A DNA stretch of 64,000 nucleotides from Xylographa opegraphella (taxonomy: Eukaryota): positions 372,001-436,000 of the forward strand of contig JALDZX010000015.1 in the NCBI GenBank assembly GCA_022813865.1, in the 5' to 3' direction. Of the stretch, positions 1-12,996 are shown piece by piece; position 1 is the first letter of the stretch, and every line of letters begins with the position of its first letter. The translations under genes were made by a program, and so were the position numbers. The notes beneath the pieces were generated by a model that saw only the letters and a list, made by a program, of their open reading frames with translations, did not search any database and was not told where the DNA came from.

Positions 1-1188
1 CTAACCAATAGGGGCATCTGGCCAAAAACTGCTATGTCAAAGCTCTGTGAAATCTGTAAGATCTTGGCAGTGAACTATTGCCTAATCGGGTGTACCGAGC
101 CGCGTTCTGTTTCATCAACACTCGCGCTCTGTCCGCTAAGAGGTCTAAACGGCCAATCACACGCTGCCAAGACTCAACCGCTTTTGGCTAGACGCCCCTA
201 GCGGATCTCAACGAACTTTTGCCGCCTCAGAAGGCAGCCTTGCGCCGCTCCGTCAAGGCATTTTACGTGGTATGTTGCTTGCAGCGCTTGGTCGAAAAGG
301 GTATGAATACCTGGCAGTCCACCCACGGTGGTACTCGCCGCTGTCAAGCCCCCGTATGCCTCCAACTCATCAGGTCTCAATTTGAAAAAAAAAGAAAAAG
401 TGCTTGTTGGAGGTCCGGGTCACAGTTTTGTTTTTCAAGTTTGCCGCTTGTGTCTCGGTGAATTGACGTCGGTTCCAAGGGGGGTGGTTCTATTATTAGG
501 TAGTTGAAGCGAAGCGAAGCCGGGGTTTTCCTTTTTTCTATAGTATTCGATTTGGCTAGGCCCCCAAGCGGACGGGCGACAAGATCTGTTGAGCGAGTCT
601 TCCCAACAAATTCCATCTGCCGTGACTCACGGACGTTCAGCTTCGACGAACAATTTATCGCCGACAAAACAAGGCGTCATCTCTATCTTCTTGGCCCAAG
701 TTTCCACTAGAGTGGAATCGAAGCCGACGTACGCTATCCTGTTTTCACCCTCCCGTCCGTAGTGGTTTGAAACATAGTAGCCTGGAGGTCCAGCGGGAGT
801 GGGCAGGAGGTTGGGATGGAACAAGCAAGAACCCATGTGAGGGAAGGAAGTGCGGGTCGAGGAGATTGTATTGCGGAATTATTTAGAGATTACAGTTCTC
901 CCGCATTCCGAATAGCAAACCTCGTCAAATCTATGTACATGTACAGTCTATGCAGCGCCTTGACCCTCCTGAATAACCAGCCAAGCGTCTCGGATTTCCC
1001 TCATGCCCGACCAGACATAGGCAGGCCCATCGCGAGTGGAATGGAGCAACACCACGATTCCCTACAAACCAGCCGTAGGGAAATCGAGATGCCGTCCCGC
1101 CAGCCATGCCATCAGACCATCGGTCCAACGCCGTAAATGCAACCGTTAGCATACAACAAACAACCACAAAACCTACCTGACCGCCTCT

Positions 1189-3210
1189 TCAGATCGTTAT
1201 TTCGTTAAAGCCATTGACCAGCTTTTCATCGATTCCCGTTCCGTTTGTCGAACTCATAGATTTGGACCTTCCCATTTTAGCGGTAATCTCCTCTAGACAT
1301 CCTGCGCTTGCCGCTACAAAACCGAGGTATGGTTTGCTGGGTTCAAGCACACGACTGAGGTATTCAGGGTGAAATTGAACACCGACGAACCATGGATGGT
1401 CTTTGAGTTCCAAGATCTCCATCCGCTCGCCCTTGTCGTCCTTGCCAATGAAGGACAGGTTGCTTGTGGAAAGGCGGTCGATGTACTCAGGGTTTACCTC
1501 ATAGCGATGTCGATGGCGCTCTAAGATGACAGCAGCATCAGGACAAGCGGTGGGAGAGAGAGGCGTATCAGAGTCGCTGAAGATCTTGTGCACCACTCCG
1601 GTAGCAGTCGGCCCACCTAGATGAGGTCGACCGTATAGAGCCCTCAATTTGCTCCACTCACTGCCAATCTGGAAATGAGTTGGCCGTAGACCTAGTCGCA
1701 TGGTCCCACCAAGTTTTCCTCGGTCGATTTCGGGCATGAAAATGATCACGGGATCTTTGGTCCGGTCGTCGAGTTCGATCGATGCAGCGTTGGGGATGCC
1801 GCATACATTTCGAGCAAATTCTATCACTGCGATCTGCATCCCGAGGCAAATGCCCAGGTATGGAGTTTTGTTCTGCCTCGCCCAGCTCGCAGCAGCCACC
1901 ATGCCTTCCGTTCCACGAAGACCGAATCCTCCTGGCACCAAGATACCTTGTGCAGTACACACTTCATGCCAGGCTTTGTGGTATTCGGCTGGCGATGAAG
2001 TACCTGTGGCTTTCTCCAGATGAGAAGCGTCAACCCAGATGAGGTTGAGCTTATGGGAGCAAGCCATAGCAGCATGTTCAAGCGACTTGATCACAGACAG
2101 ATAGGAATCGTGGAGATTAGTGTACTTACCCACTAGAGCGATGGTGACAGTTTGGTACAAATGGTCGTGATAGCCTGTAAGCGACTTCCAGTGCGTCCAA
2201 GTTTTAGCTCCCTTTTCGACCAGGTTTGGGGAGATTGTGAGTTCGTCTACTCGGAGAATATTTTGAAGAAGCGGAATAAGACCTTGTTTTTCAAGCAACA
2301 TGGGAACGTGGTATGTGGACGAGACATCGTGCACAGCAATCACTTGCTCAGTCTCCACTTGGCAAAACATCGCGATCTTATCCGTGGTTGATTTCTCAAG
2401 TGGGCTGGAACATCGGCAAGCAATCTAGAAAAGTCAGTATGTCCAGATGTCCCAAGACAGTCATTCATACAAGGTCGGGATTCAGCCCAGAACTCCGCGC
2501 ATCCTTGATTGCTTGCTGAGTCGGCTTCGTCTTCTGCTCACCGTTGACAACTGGGATCAAGGATACATGTATATGGAGGAAATTGCCTTTTCCAGCTCTT
2601 CGCCTTAATTGCCTCATAGCTTCAATGAACGGTGCACTCTCGATATCACCAACGGTTCCTCCCAGCTCTATGATACACACATCCGGTTCTTCGTTTGTGT
2701 CGTCCACCGGTATTCTAGCCACTCGCTCGATCCAATCCTGGGTAGCATCGGTGAGGTGAGGTACAACCTGGACAGTGCGGCCAAGGTAGTCCCCTCTTCG
2801 CTCCCGCTCAATCACATGTTGGTAGATCTTCCCAGTAGTTATATTATTCTCTCGGGTCAGGGTAATGTTGAGATAGCGTTCATAATTTCCCAAATCCAGA
2901 TCGACCTCTCCACCATCATCCAGCACAAACACCTCCCCATGTTCTGTAGGCGCCATCGTTCCCGCATCGACGTTCATATAAGGGTCGACTTTGATCGACG
3001 AGACCTTCAAGCCGATGGTTTTCAAAAGGAGGCCGGTGGACGATGCTGGTAAGGAATGATATCATTAGAGGCTTCGAAACTGACAGGCTTGATCCCATAC
3101 CAATAATGCCCTTGCCAATACCGGATATGACTCCTTGGGACATGTCAGACCATAACTTTTGGGGAATACCACAGAAATTACCTACCGCCCGATACCAGAA
3201 CGTACTTCAT
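1189..3210 (-). CDS. URA7: CTP synthase (3 introns)
   Basis: Spliced start [24 protein letters not shown] (ATG 3210; intron 1 at 3185-3134). Synthetase motifs [13 protein letters not shown] and [11 protein letters not shown]; glutaminase motifs [17 protein letters not shown] and QFHPE. Confidence 0.98.
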
Positions 3211-3453
3211 GATGACGGATAAACGAAATACTAAGTCAGTGGTGCATATCCTGGCCAATGCCAGGGTGGAAGAAATAATTCAAAATCGATCGGATGCAGG
3301 CTTGTGAAAATCCTCGTCTATATTAGCGCGTTTCCGCGGACGCGACAACACCGCGCGATCTGTACAGCCCTATCAGGTGTGTCATTGTTCCAGCTGCGCA
3401 AGGTACGGAGGAGGCTGTTGTCTGCTCTTTCGTATATTCACTATCGTCAGGAG

Positions 3454-3837
3454 CTATGGTGTAGGCGTTATGAAGAAAGCATACGCTAACGTTGCTGTAC
3501 AGACAGAATGGACAAAGGCATGCAACCAAGGTCCACCAAGAGCTCGACCAGACTCCCGGCTACGAATCCTCGACACTGCACGAGTGGTAGGCCCAACATG
3601 GTATAGCGCAAGAGCTCCAGATATTCGCTGCGAGAGCTCGTCCACTGGCTTGGTCAAAAGAAGCATCACCACGATGTTCGTGGACATCAGCAGAAGTGCA
3701 TACTGCCTGATGACGCCATTGCTCTCTGGTTGCGGCTTGGAAAGCGTGGACGACGGCCGGAACATGAAATTGATGCTACCTGGAAGCTCAATGCACAAAT
3801 GCAGAAGAAGTGGTAAATGTTCCATGGTGATCTGCAT
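3454..3837 (-). CDS. Small hypothetical multi-pass membrane protein (~123-127 aa)
   Basis: ATG at 3837 or 3825. Several hydrophobic segments (LLLHLCIELPGSINF; YALLLMSTNIVVMLLL; GALALYHVGP; GGPWLHAFVH) and a protein-like composition. Confidence 0.7.
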   Translation of the reverse strand: MQITMEHLPLLLHLCIELPGSINFMFRPSSTLSKPQPESNGVIRQYALLLMSTNIVVMLLLTKPVDELSQRISGALALYHVGPTTRAVSRIRSRESGRALGGPWLHAFVHSVCTATLAYAFFITPTP

Positions 3838-3965
3838 GGTCGAGTAGTGTTTAGGAAGCAGAGTGCATGAATGAGCTCGATCAGGGAACTGAAAAATCTC
3901 GCTTAGGATGTTGTGAAAAGATCTAATCTCGATCTTGCAACAGTAACTTCTTCGGAACCTCAACA

Positions 3966-4933
3966 ATGGTCCTTCTTACTCCGCGCATTCACTGGTACGA
4001 AATCAATGATCAATCATGGTAAATGTGCATCCATTCTCAGGCGCTTCCAAAGCTAATATGGCCTCCCTCAGGTTTCCCTCATACCTGCGCGCCAGAGTCC
4101 AGGCAGGACTTACCCTCATGTGGACGCTGAACCTCCCTATAATCCAACCCAGCTCGCCCGGCGAACTCGTCGCAGCAACACTACAGCGTGTCCTCGGTGA
4201 AAGAATCCGCGACTATACGTTCGTGGACTTCTGCGCCGGCGCCGGAGGTCCTACACCATACATTGAGAAAGACCTGAACGCTCGGCTTGGCTTCACCAAG
4301 CCTCCTAGCGAGAATGGCCCTGCTAATAGCAATAACGAATCCATGCCGGTCAGCTTCGTCCTTACCGACATAGCACCACATATCGAGGCATGGAAGAAGG
4401 CTCAGTTGGGAAGCCCAACACAAAGCTTGCAGTATATCGACTACCCCATCGATGCAGCCAATGCTCCGCGCGACTTTCTGGGCCCAGTCACCAGGGAGGG
4501 ACAAAGCTCAAAGGTCTTTCGCCTCTTTTTCCTTGCCTTCCATCATTTCGATGATCCGTTGGCGACCAAGATTCTCGAAAACAGTATCGATACCTCCGAT
4601 GGCTTTGCAATCTTTGAGCTTCAACACCGCACGTTCTCCTCGCTTCTGACTTGTACACTAATGTGGCCTCTCTTGTTGCTGATATCACCCTTCTACTTCT
4701 GGCGGGATCCCGGGTTTCTGTTCTTTACGTATATCATTCCCATTGTTCCGTTCGTGCTGGTTGTCGACGGGTATACCTCCAGTCTACGAACCAGGACCGC
4801 GGAAGAGATACGTACGATAATGGGAGGGGGAGGAAAGGGCGGGATAAAGGGGTGGAAGTTTCGGAGTGGAAGCGAGGTTCATACCTATCCCATCGGGGAG
4901 ATGTCGTGGTTTATTGGAATGAAGGAATCGTAG
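3966..4933 (+). CDS. Class I SAM-dependent methyltransferase-like protein with C-terminal hydrophobic segments (1 intron)
   Basis: Exon 1 MVLLTPRIHWYEINDQSW spliced (gtaaat...gctaat...cag) to FPSYLR. Motif I-like VDFCAGAGGP, LTD strand and FLAFHHF motif. Confidence 0.8.
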
Positions 4934-5102
4934 ACAAGCTAGCCGTACGCACGTACGGATTAGAAATCTAAAATCTAGACTTCATCAGTCTGCGCGAGAC
5001 GTTAAAGAGTATAACGGTGTATTTTCGTTTGTAAACCGTACTCCTTTACGCATCTATTTTCCTTTAATTATAAAGCTACAGTGGCTTGAGGAGTACTCGT
5101 GT

Positions 5103-6462
5103 CTATGCTACAGTAGTGGCGGTGATCGCCTTAGCCGTCTCCGTAGCGTATGCTTCCACCTCCCCTTTCGTGTAGAGTTTGGGGAGCTCTACAGCTGTCG
5201 AGCCACTCACAGCCGAATCCGTCGGGCTCTCTATAAAATGGACACGGGATATAGCCGCGGCCAACTGTCTCATGCCTTTCGTCCTCTCTTCGTCACTTTC
5301 TTCCAGAAAGAGCCTGGCAATCGCCCAAGCATGTATCAACCCAGGTTCCTCGTTAACCATCACCTTTACCTTAGCTTTCTTCAGTTTTGATATCAACTCT
5401 CGTGTTTCGGGCCCCAAGACTTCCTCGCCGCCGAACGTGATGTAAAATCCGTGGCAAGGAGCCGCTCGCGCCCACCAATCTAGGTATTTGCAGCTTCCCG
5501 GTGACACAAGGGGGTCAGACAGATATTGCTTCTTGCGCGCGTATTGACTGCCGTAAAGATGCAACGATGCTGCGCTAAGGAAGTCGGAGGCAGTGTCTCG
5601 GTTGTTTTCGCTTACGAGGGAGACCCAAGGAGAAATCAGTGTAGCAAACCCAGGCTTTCGATCTTCGTTGTTCGGTTCCGCAGCGAGGTATAAAAGAAGA
5701 CTTAATATCAAGGTAGCTCCCGCAGAATCACCAGCGACAACAACAGATTCACTTTCCCCATTTACCAAGTTTGACAGCACGTATTCATAGCCAGCCTTCG
5801 CCTGCGATAACTGGACTGGGTAACACTTTTCCGGAACCAGATCATAGTCGAGTGCAAAAATGACCGGATTACGCCAGTGTGGTTGCATGAGTGTGAGGAG
5901 CGCTAGGAGTGGTTCAAGGTAGAAGTACGCGGAACCCATAGAGAAACCTCCACCATGTAGATAATACACTACAACTTCTGGGAGGTCATCCTCCTCGTAA
6001 TGGCCAATGAGAAGCCCCCGTATACCTCCAATTTCGATCTCGCGCCATGGAATTGGAGAGTGCGCATAGCCATGACGAAAAAGGCGGAAGGTGAAGAAGG
6101 GAAGCGCAACATTCTTAGAGAAGAAAACACGGCCGATGGTGGCGGGCAAGTTAGCAAATGCATACCGCACGCATCTGACGACGAGATCCTGAAAGGGAGG
6201 GGCTCGTTGCACAAAAGGTGAGCGGTGAAGCTGATGGGTGAAATAGCGCTCGATTAGAAAAGATGATGGGAGCTTTATTACTGAGCTCTGTGTTAGACTC
6301 GATACGTTGCTCACTCTGGAAGCATTGAAGCTCACAGAAGAATGGCATCATGCGCACTCCACAAAGTATTAACTGAATGATGTTGACCTTCAGCAATAAC
6401 TGGGGTATAAGGAAGATTAGGAAAACCAAGCAGTCTAGGTAGGAAATCTGAGTAAGAATCAT
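5103..6462 (-). CDS. Alpha/beta hydrolase, HSL-like (Say1/Mug180 steryl-acetyl hydrolase type), N-terminal membrane anchor (1 intron)
   Basis: HGGGF oxyanion motif, GDSAG nucleophile, ISPW, late HAW His. Exon 1 MILTQISYLDCLVFLIFLIPQLL is joined through a gtgagc...ctaac...cag intron. Confidence 0.88.
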
Positions 6463-6903
6463 GACGCCGTTAGCCGTTAGAGCACGCCGAAAATGCAAGA
6501 CTCAAAATGCATTCATGAAAGCTATCATTGTTGTTCTTGAAGGTTAAGTCAATAAATGTGTGAATGCAACGACAAATTGGAAGTGATGACTTGACTCGGC
6601 ATAAAACTTGTGCAAGAGTTTCTGACAGTTGTGCAGTGTGTCGAAAATTCGCGCTAACTAGCTTGAGGCTGCTGAAGCTTGGTGTCAGGACTGAGGACTC
6701 ACAACCCTCATCAGCTTCTGCTGTATATGGGGTTTTACACATACGACACTTTCGTTTACAGAGCAACTGATTGAGTGCGATCTAAGATGGTCTTTCATTC
6801 CATCTCGTGAACATCCTCTGTGTAGCCTCTCTATTCTGGAGGACGCGGTCAAGCTGCATGGAAGTGCAAGGACAGACAATATCTCAGCGTGCTTTATATG
6901 ACG

Positions 6904-9900
6904 ATGGCTTCGGTGGATGCGACAGCCGTAGCGGCGGAGGTGGCAGCGTGAGCAGTCTTACATCTTCTCGTCATATGGTAATCGCTAATAGTGTCTTTGC
7001 AAGCTCGTTGACCATGGAGGAGGTGCCCATGAAGCTCCGATGCTCTGTCTGCAGTCTGCTCGCTGTTGGCGCAGTACGTATGCCTTGTTGCGAGCAGAAC
7101 CTCTGTGAGAACTGTGAGTTTTTGTGTTACGTGACCGCTATTCTAAACACTTATTGATGAACTCGTCAGGCGAGGCAAATCTCGACAACGAATGTCCTGT
7201 CTGTCTGCACTCGACTGTTGATAAGACCCTGATCAAGCCCAACAAGACCTTGCGAACGACTATCAAAGCCTTTCTGAAGAAGAAGGTCATGGAAAAAGAG
7301 ACTCAGCGGAAGAAGGATGAGGCAGTCAAACTTGCTACTGTGACTGCCGCAACTACTACCACATCGGCCGTCCCAGAAATGCCTGTCGCAGACTCTACCA
7401 AATTGCATGATCTTCCATCTGAAGATGGTGTGGACGCTATTGCTCTCACAGACAGTACAACGAATGCTCCGGAGACTTCTACGACTGTCCTTAGTGCAGA
7501 CCAGGAAGGCCTCAAAGAGCCAAATACCACTGAAGCCCAGATGGATGTCCCAAGACCATCTATCGAAGTAAGATATTTGATGTGTTGTGAGAACGGCTAG
7601 CAGGGCTGACCAATATCCCAGACTACAAACGATAATATTGGGCCTTCTACATTACCTACGGAGAGTGATAGCGTTGATGGGTCAAAGAGCAACGAACGGA
7701 GAGGTAGTGGAGTCTCGAACCCTACAGCGGAGGGTGCAGATTTTCAGTCAACGGGCGCGCAGTGGCCTGTAAATGGTGTTACAGGATTAGCAATGTCAAA
7801 TGGTACTCCGAACATGAATGGCTTGAATGGCGTACTTCCGATGGACTTCAGTCAGATGATGCAATACATGCCCAATGGTATGTCGAACGGCATGATAAAC
7901 GCCTTTCCGAATATGTTGGGTCAGTAGATCTCCGAACTTCACGAGCTAATGCTAACTACCTTGCTCGCAGGAATGCCAGGAATGGGTATGGATCCTATGG
8001 CAATGAATCAAGCAATGTCGCAATCGATGTATGGAGGATTTGGAGGGCCGAACATGGGTATCAACGGCATGAACGGCATGAACGGCATGAACATGGGAAT
8101 GGGGTTCAGTGCTGGGCAAGGAGCGTTTGGAGGTTTCAACGGGCAACTCGATGCTTGGAACACAGGACAAGATAATTACAATGCAAATGCATATGGTGCC
8201 AATGGTATGGGTGGTAATTTCGGAATACATGCTGGCCATGGTGGTTATAACATGTCCTCACATCAAGGAAACTTCAACCAGATGAATCACCAGCAGTATC
8301 CAAATAATGACTTCCACCATGGACATAACAATCATGGCTTCCAAGGTCGCGGTCGTGGACGCCGTGGATATCACAATGCAGGTCGTGGCCAAGGCGGCTA
8401 CAATGCAATGAATCAAGGTAATCAGAATGGTAATGCTAACTACGAGCCCTTCCATCATCAGGTACCTCCACAGGCCTCCAGTCAGAGCATGGCTCAAAAG
8501 ACGGAGAGAGAGCCCTTGCCCGCAGTACACCTAGAAAACCGGGGTTCTCCCGATGTGAAAGATAATCATGCGTCAGATGCCGTCGACAAACAGAACGTCG
8601 ATGAAGAGCAAATGAACAAGGAACGAAATCCTGGTGACGAAAACGAAGAAACGGGAACAGAAGTACCCCTCCATGAGCATGAAGTAGACTTTCTTCAGAC
8701 TACAACAGAACCAACAACAACAGAAAATCCAAGTAGCACGACCGACGTACCGACCAAAGAAGGCAAAGTGGAAGAAGAGTCTGAAATCTCAATACCAATG
8801 CCTATCCAAACTTTCATCTCTTCCGACGATTCCCGAACGGGAAAACCACAGTTTCAGGATTTTCCTTCTAAGGTGGCATCTATGCCACCACCAGTGGGAC
8901 CAGCTATACCCCAAGGACCCTCTGCTAAATATTCACAAGAGACTCCACCAGACCAAAGTGGATGGGGACGTGGAGCTGGGCGTGGATTCTATCGTGGTGC
9001 AGCTAACAGTCGGGGTGAATATCGTGGTCGTGGGTCAGCATATATTCCCAATGGCAATGCTATTCACGCTAGCCAAACGTCAATGTGTCCATCAGGGAAC
9101 TTTCCCCCTGTAGCCCCTATCATACCGAAAGGCCTCGGCGTCGAAGGTGCACCCACTGGGCCCAAGGCATTGAGAGAAGGCCTCCCTAACACAGGCATCA
9201 GGGGTCGTGGATTTTCGATTGTTGGCCGGGCACACTCTTCGACACATACACGACCAGAAAATCGCACCCGGTCAAGAAGGCGAGTTAAAACAGTACAAAC
9301 TTCATTTTCGATCATGAAGATGCTAATTATATGCCAGTCCATCAAAAACGCGCCACAGGAGTCGATCTCGATCCGTGGACACATCCCGGCACAAGTCTAG
9401 CCGTCATCGGAGTCATCGCCACCGTTCGAAAAGTCCATCGGATGGGGACGACCACGAAAAACGGAAAGAGCACCGCCGCCGACGGTCCCACAAGTACGAT
9501 GACGAGGAGGCAGCGGGTGAGGGAGAGTCACGACATCGAGAGGGCTCTGCAGAGTCTACATCCAAAAATTCGAGTTATCGCAATCACCGCCATCATCACA
9601 AGGAAGAATCTGGTTCATCAAGTCACCGCCATCATCGTGATCGTAGCCGTGACCGTGACCGTGACCATGACCGTGACCGTGATCGAGATGAGGAGCGCCG
9701 CCACCGAAAGAAACGCTCTCGTTCACCAGTGTCGGTAGTGCCGACTCCTACATCAGCAGTTGGACCTGATTTGCCAAGTACTCAAGGCAAAGATGAGTCT
9801 CGTAAGCGTCGTGGCCGCGACCGTGACGAGGAGGACCAGCTGGATTACAGACGACAACGCTCCCGTAAGCGTTCACGCCGTGAACAATCAGTCACACCTG

Positions 9901-10316
9901 ACGACCAAGACTCGCGCATGGACCGTAAGAACCGAGACCTTGAATACAGCAGGAATCAAGAGGACGAGCGCAAAGTGCATGCGCCCAAGTCTCTATCCGA
10001 TACCAAGCGTCCATCCATAGTATCACCAATGACTGAAAAGATTGGCCAGGCGGACAATACCAAATCTATCCCGACTGGTCCTAGAAATCCCGAGAAGGAC
10101 CACCATACATTAGAAAGAGAAGCAAGGAATAGGGAAAGACTAATGAAGGAGATGCAGCGCCGGGCGGCCACTGAGGGCACCGCTCCGAAGCGGAAGAGCA
10201 GTGGGCTGGAGACGAGGATACAGCGGAAACCGAGTTATAAGTATGAAGATGACGAGAACGAGGAAGCAAGGACGATTAGAGTAGAGCGGGAGCGGGAAGG
10301 AGCGCGGTGGAGCTGA
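6904..10316 (+). CDS. RING-finger protein (Mpe1/RBBP6-like RING) with G/M/N-rich low-complexity region, RGRG motifs and C-terminal RS/RD/H-rich domain; probable RNA-processing factor (5 introns)
   Basis: Spliced RING: LRCSVCSLLAVGAVRMPCCEQNLCENC|EANLDNECPVC...PNKTLRTTIKAFL. Approximate introns: 6948-7003, 7114-7169, 7568-7621, 7920-7970, 9280-9337 (GC-AG). Repeated P(T/Q)GP motifs; C-terminus EREREGARWS. Confidence 0.8.
9646..9688 (+). repeat. Coding hexanucleotide repeat (GACCGT)n encoding Asp-Arg dipeptides
   Basis: gccgtgaccgtgaccgtgaccatgaccgtgaccgtgatcgagat encodes RDRDRDHDRDRDRD. Confidence 0.85.
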
Positions 10317-11341
10317 AAGGCTGTGTCCATCAATGGAGATATGGATGGGCGAAACGCATCGCTAAGCTGATGGCTCGTGTTGTTTGAAAAAATCAGAAGG
10401 CGGTCATGATATTCGATTCCGCTCACATGGGCTTATCAGCAGCCCACACAGTTGGCAGATATAGAAGACAAAAAATGGGAGGAAGAAATTATAGGCTCGG
10501 TCCTAAATTGTCGTCTTAGTTTATGGGTTTCCTTGCTTTGCAGTGACCATAAAATATCCCTGTTCGCAAAGGTTGCAACCAGAGGCTTCTGATAGACCCG
10601 TGTTTGAAGTATCTCCCACATACCGTTGTACTGCCTGTTGCCGTTACATTTGGCATTGGAATTTTGGCTGATACTAGCGCCGTCCAGTTTTATTTCATGG
10701 TTTTTTAAATGTGCTACATTATGCCTTGCGGCCACCCAACTCTATAGAGCCTGAAGAAGATGAGCGCAGGCATCAGAGATGCCTTTCATCCAGCGGTGTC
10801 TTCTGTCATCATCAGGTCTACATATATTCTTGTAAGAACCTGCTGGCTTACCTTGTGCATTTAAGGGTTTTTGCACAGGGATAATAAACGTTAGCTGTGT
10901 TTTGTCATGATAACCTATGGCATTGGACGACTTTTCGGATTTTCTTGTGCTTCAATGGGGACACGGGATCGATACTCTGGGTATATTTGCTGGATAAGTT
11001 CTCCTTTCCAGGGCAGTTTATCATGATGTCTTGTTTGTCGCTTCATCTCGCACGTCATGGGTAACTGCTCGCCATCAACTATACACGACGGTGGAAAATA
11101 ATGGGCTCGTATACTACAAAATTGAGCAAAATCAGAACTAATGCCAGCTACTTTTGATCAGTTGCGAGAGCGACGACGTAAAGTGATTGTGGAAATCCAT
11201 TGCACGATTGACTCGGAACAAGCATCATAAGCCCGACGCTAAGCCAATTCAGAGCTAGTAAATCCCGGTGACTCCCAACGCTGGAGCTGTTGATTTTATG
11301 AAACTCTTCTGTTCGGAGAATATCAGACCACACAAGAAGTC

Positions 11342-12798
11342 ATGTTCAGCAGGGCGTTGAGGCCGGCTACGGCTTTGCCTTTGAGGAGGACAGCTCTTGC
11401 ATCTCTGACAAAACGTACAGTCACCACAGATGCTGCTTCTTCGCATATGGAGAAGGAGAAGGTCCCCGATGTAAGCTATCTACACTTGAAGGCCCGGGCT
11501 ATTGCTTGCTATTTGCACAGCTGACAGTTCACTCGTAGGAAGATGATAAGCCCTTCGAGGTCAAACTTTCAGATGAAGCCTTCGAAACCTACGAACTCGA
11601 CCCTCCACCTTACACCCTCAAGACAACTAAGAAAGAGCTGAAACGGATGTATTACGATATGGTTTCGATAAGGTAGATTGCTAGAGTTCTGGTCAAGACG
11701 CGTAGAGCTAACTTATCAATAACAGGCGAATGGAAATGGCTGCGGATAGGCTGTACAAGGAGAAGAAGATCCGTGGTTTCTGCCATCTCTCTACTGGACA
11801 AGAAGCAGTCGCCGCCGGCATTGAACATGCGATAACCAAGGAAGATAGTATTATCACTGCCTACCGATGTCACGGCTTTGCCCTCATGCGTGGCGGTACT
11901 GTTAAGTCCATTATCGGCGAACTCCTTGGTCGCAGAGAAGGTATTGCATATGGAAAAGGCGGCTCAATGCACATGTTTGCCAAAGGTTTCTATGGTGGTA
12001 ACGGTATTGTCGGTGCTCAGGTGCCTGTGGGTGCTGGTATCGCCTTTGCGAACCAGTATACCGGTCAAAATAATACCACCATCTGCCTTTACGGAGATGG
12101 TGCCAGCAATCAAGGTCAAGTCTTCGAAGCGTTCAACATGGCCAAGCTTTGGAACCTACCTATTCTTTTCGGTTGCGAGAGTAAGTCATATCATGCTGAG
12201 TTCAGTATATTATCAACTAACCTACAATGATCATAGACAACAAGTACGGAATGGGCACAGCGGCGAACCGAGCTGCCGCTCTCACAGATTACTACAAGCG
12301 TGGGCAATACATCCCCGGTCTCAAAGTCAACGGCATGGATGTTCTTGCCGTCAAGGCCGCTGTTCAGTATGGAAAACAATATAATCAGGATGGCCACGGT
12401 CCTCTCGTCCTCGAATATGTTACCTATCGTTATGGCGGACACTCCATGTCTGACCCCGGAACCACGTACCGTACCCGTGAGGAGATTCAGCGTATGCGCA
12501 GTACCCAGGATCCTATCGCTGGCCTGAAACAGCATTTGCTGGACTGGGAGGTCACTACGGAAGAGGAGCTTAAGGGCATCGATAAGGAGGCGAGAGCATA
12601 TGTCGATGGCGAGGTAGCGGAGGCGGAGAAGATGCCTCCGCCGGACGCAACGCCGCAGATCTTGTTCGAGGACATTTACGTCAGGGGAAGTGAACCTCAA
12701 TACATGAGGGGAAGAATACCAGAGGAGAACTATTGTGAGCATCCCGTAGCGATCTTTCAATGTTGAGACGAGGCTAACATAAATCTCCAGACTATTAA
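11342..12798 (+). CDS. PDA1: Pyruvate dehydrogenase E1 alpha subunit, mitochondrial (4 introns)
   Basis: Arg/Ala/Thr-rich presequence; [16 protein letters not shown] motif GDGASNQGQ...ENN; phospho-loop [15 protein letters not shown]. Exons 11342-11470, 11539-11672, 11726-12180, 12237-12734, 12791-12798. Confidence 0.98.
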
Positions 12799-12996
12799 AG
12801 GTTTGCGCTGGTACACTGACGTCGGGCGCGCGCGGTGCGCTTTGGTGTACATTATAAAGGCTATCGGCTGATACTGCGCTGATTGTTGCTTCCGTATCGT
12901 GACTGCTAGCGAAGAAGACTCGTGATCTTGGGCCGAAAATTGAGCTCAAAGTTTCACATGACAGGCATCAACGCGCTGATACATTCAGTACTCTCC

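Noticed and set aside
380..440. Poly-A/poly-T imperfect inverted repeat
   Set aside because: Low-complexity tracts pair by chance; no element structure.
1..1180. Short ORFs at the left edge
   Set aside because: No recognisable domains or coherent exon structure; likely promoter/UTR of a gene outside the window plus the URA7 3' region.
3966..6462. Secondary-metabolite cluster (methyltransferase + hydrolase)
   Set aside because: No PKS/NRPS/terpene backbone gene or cluster transporter; flanked by housekeeping genes.
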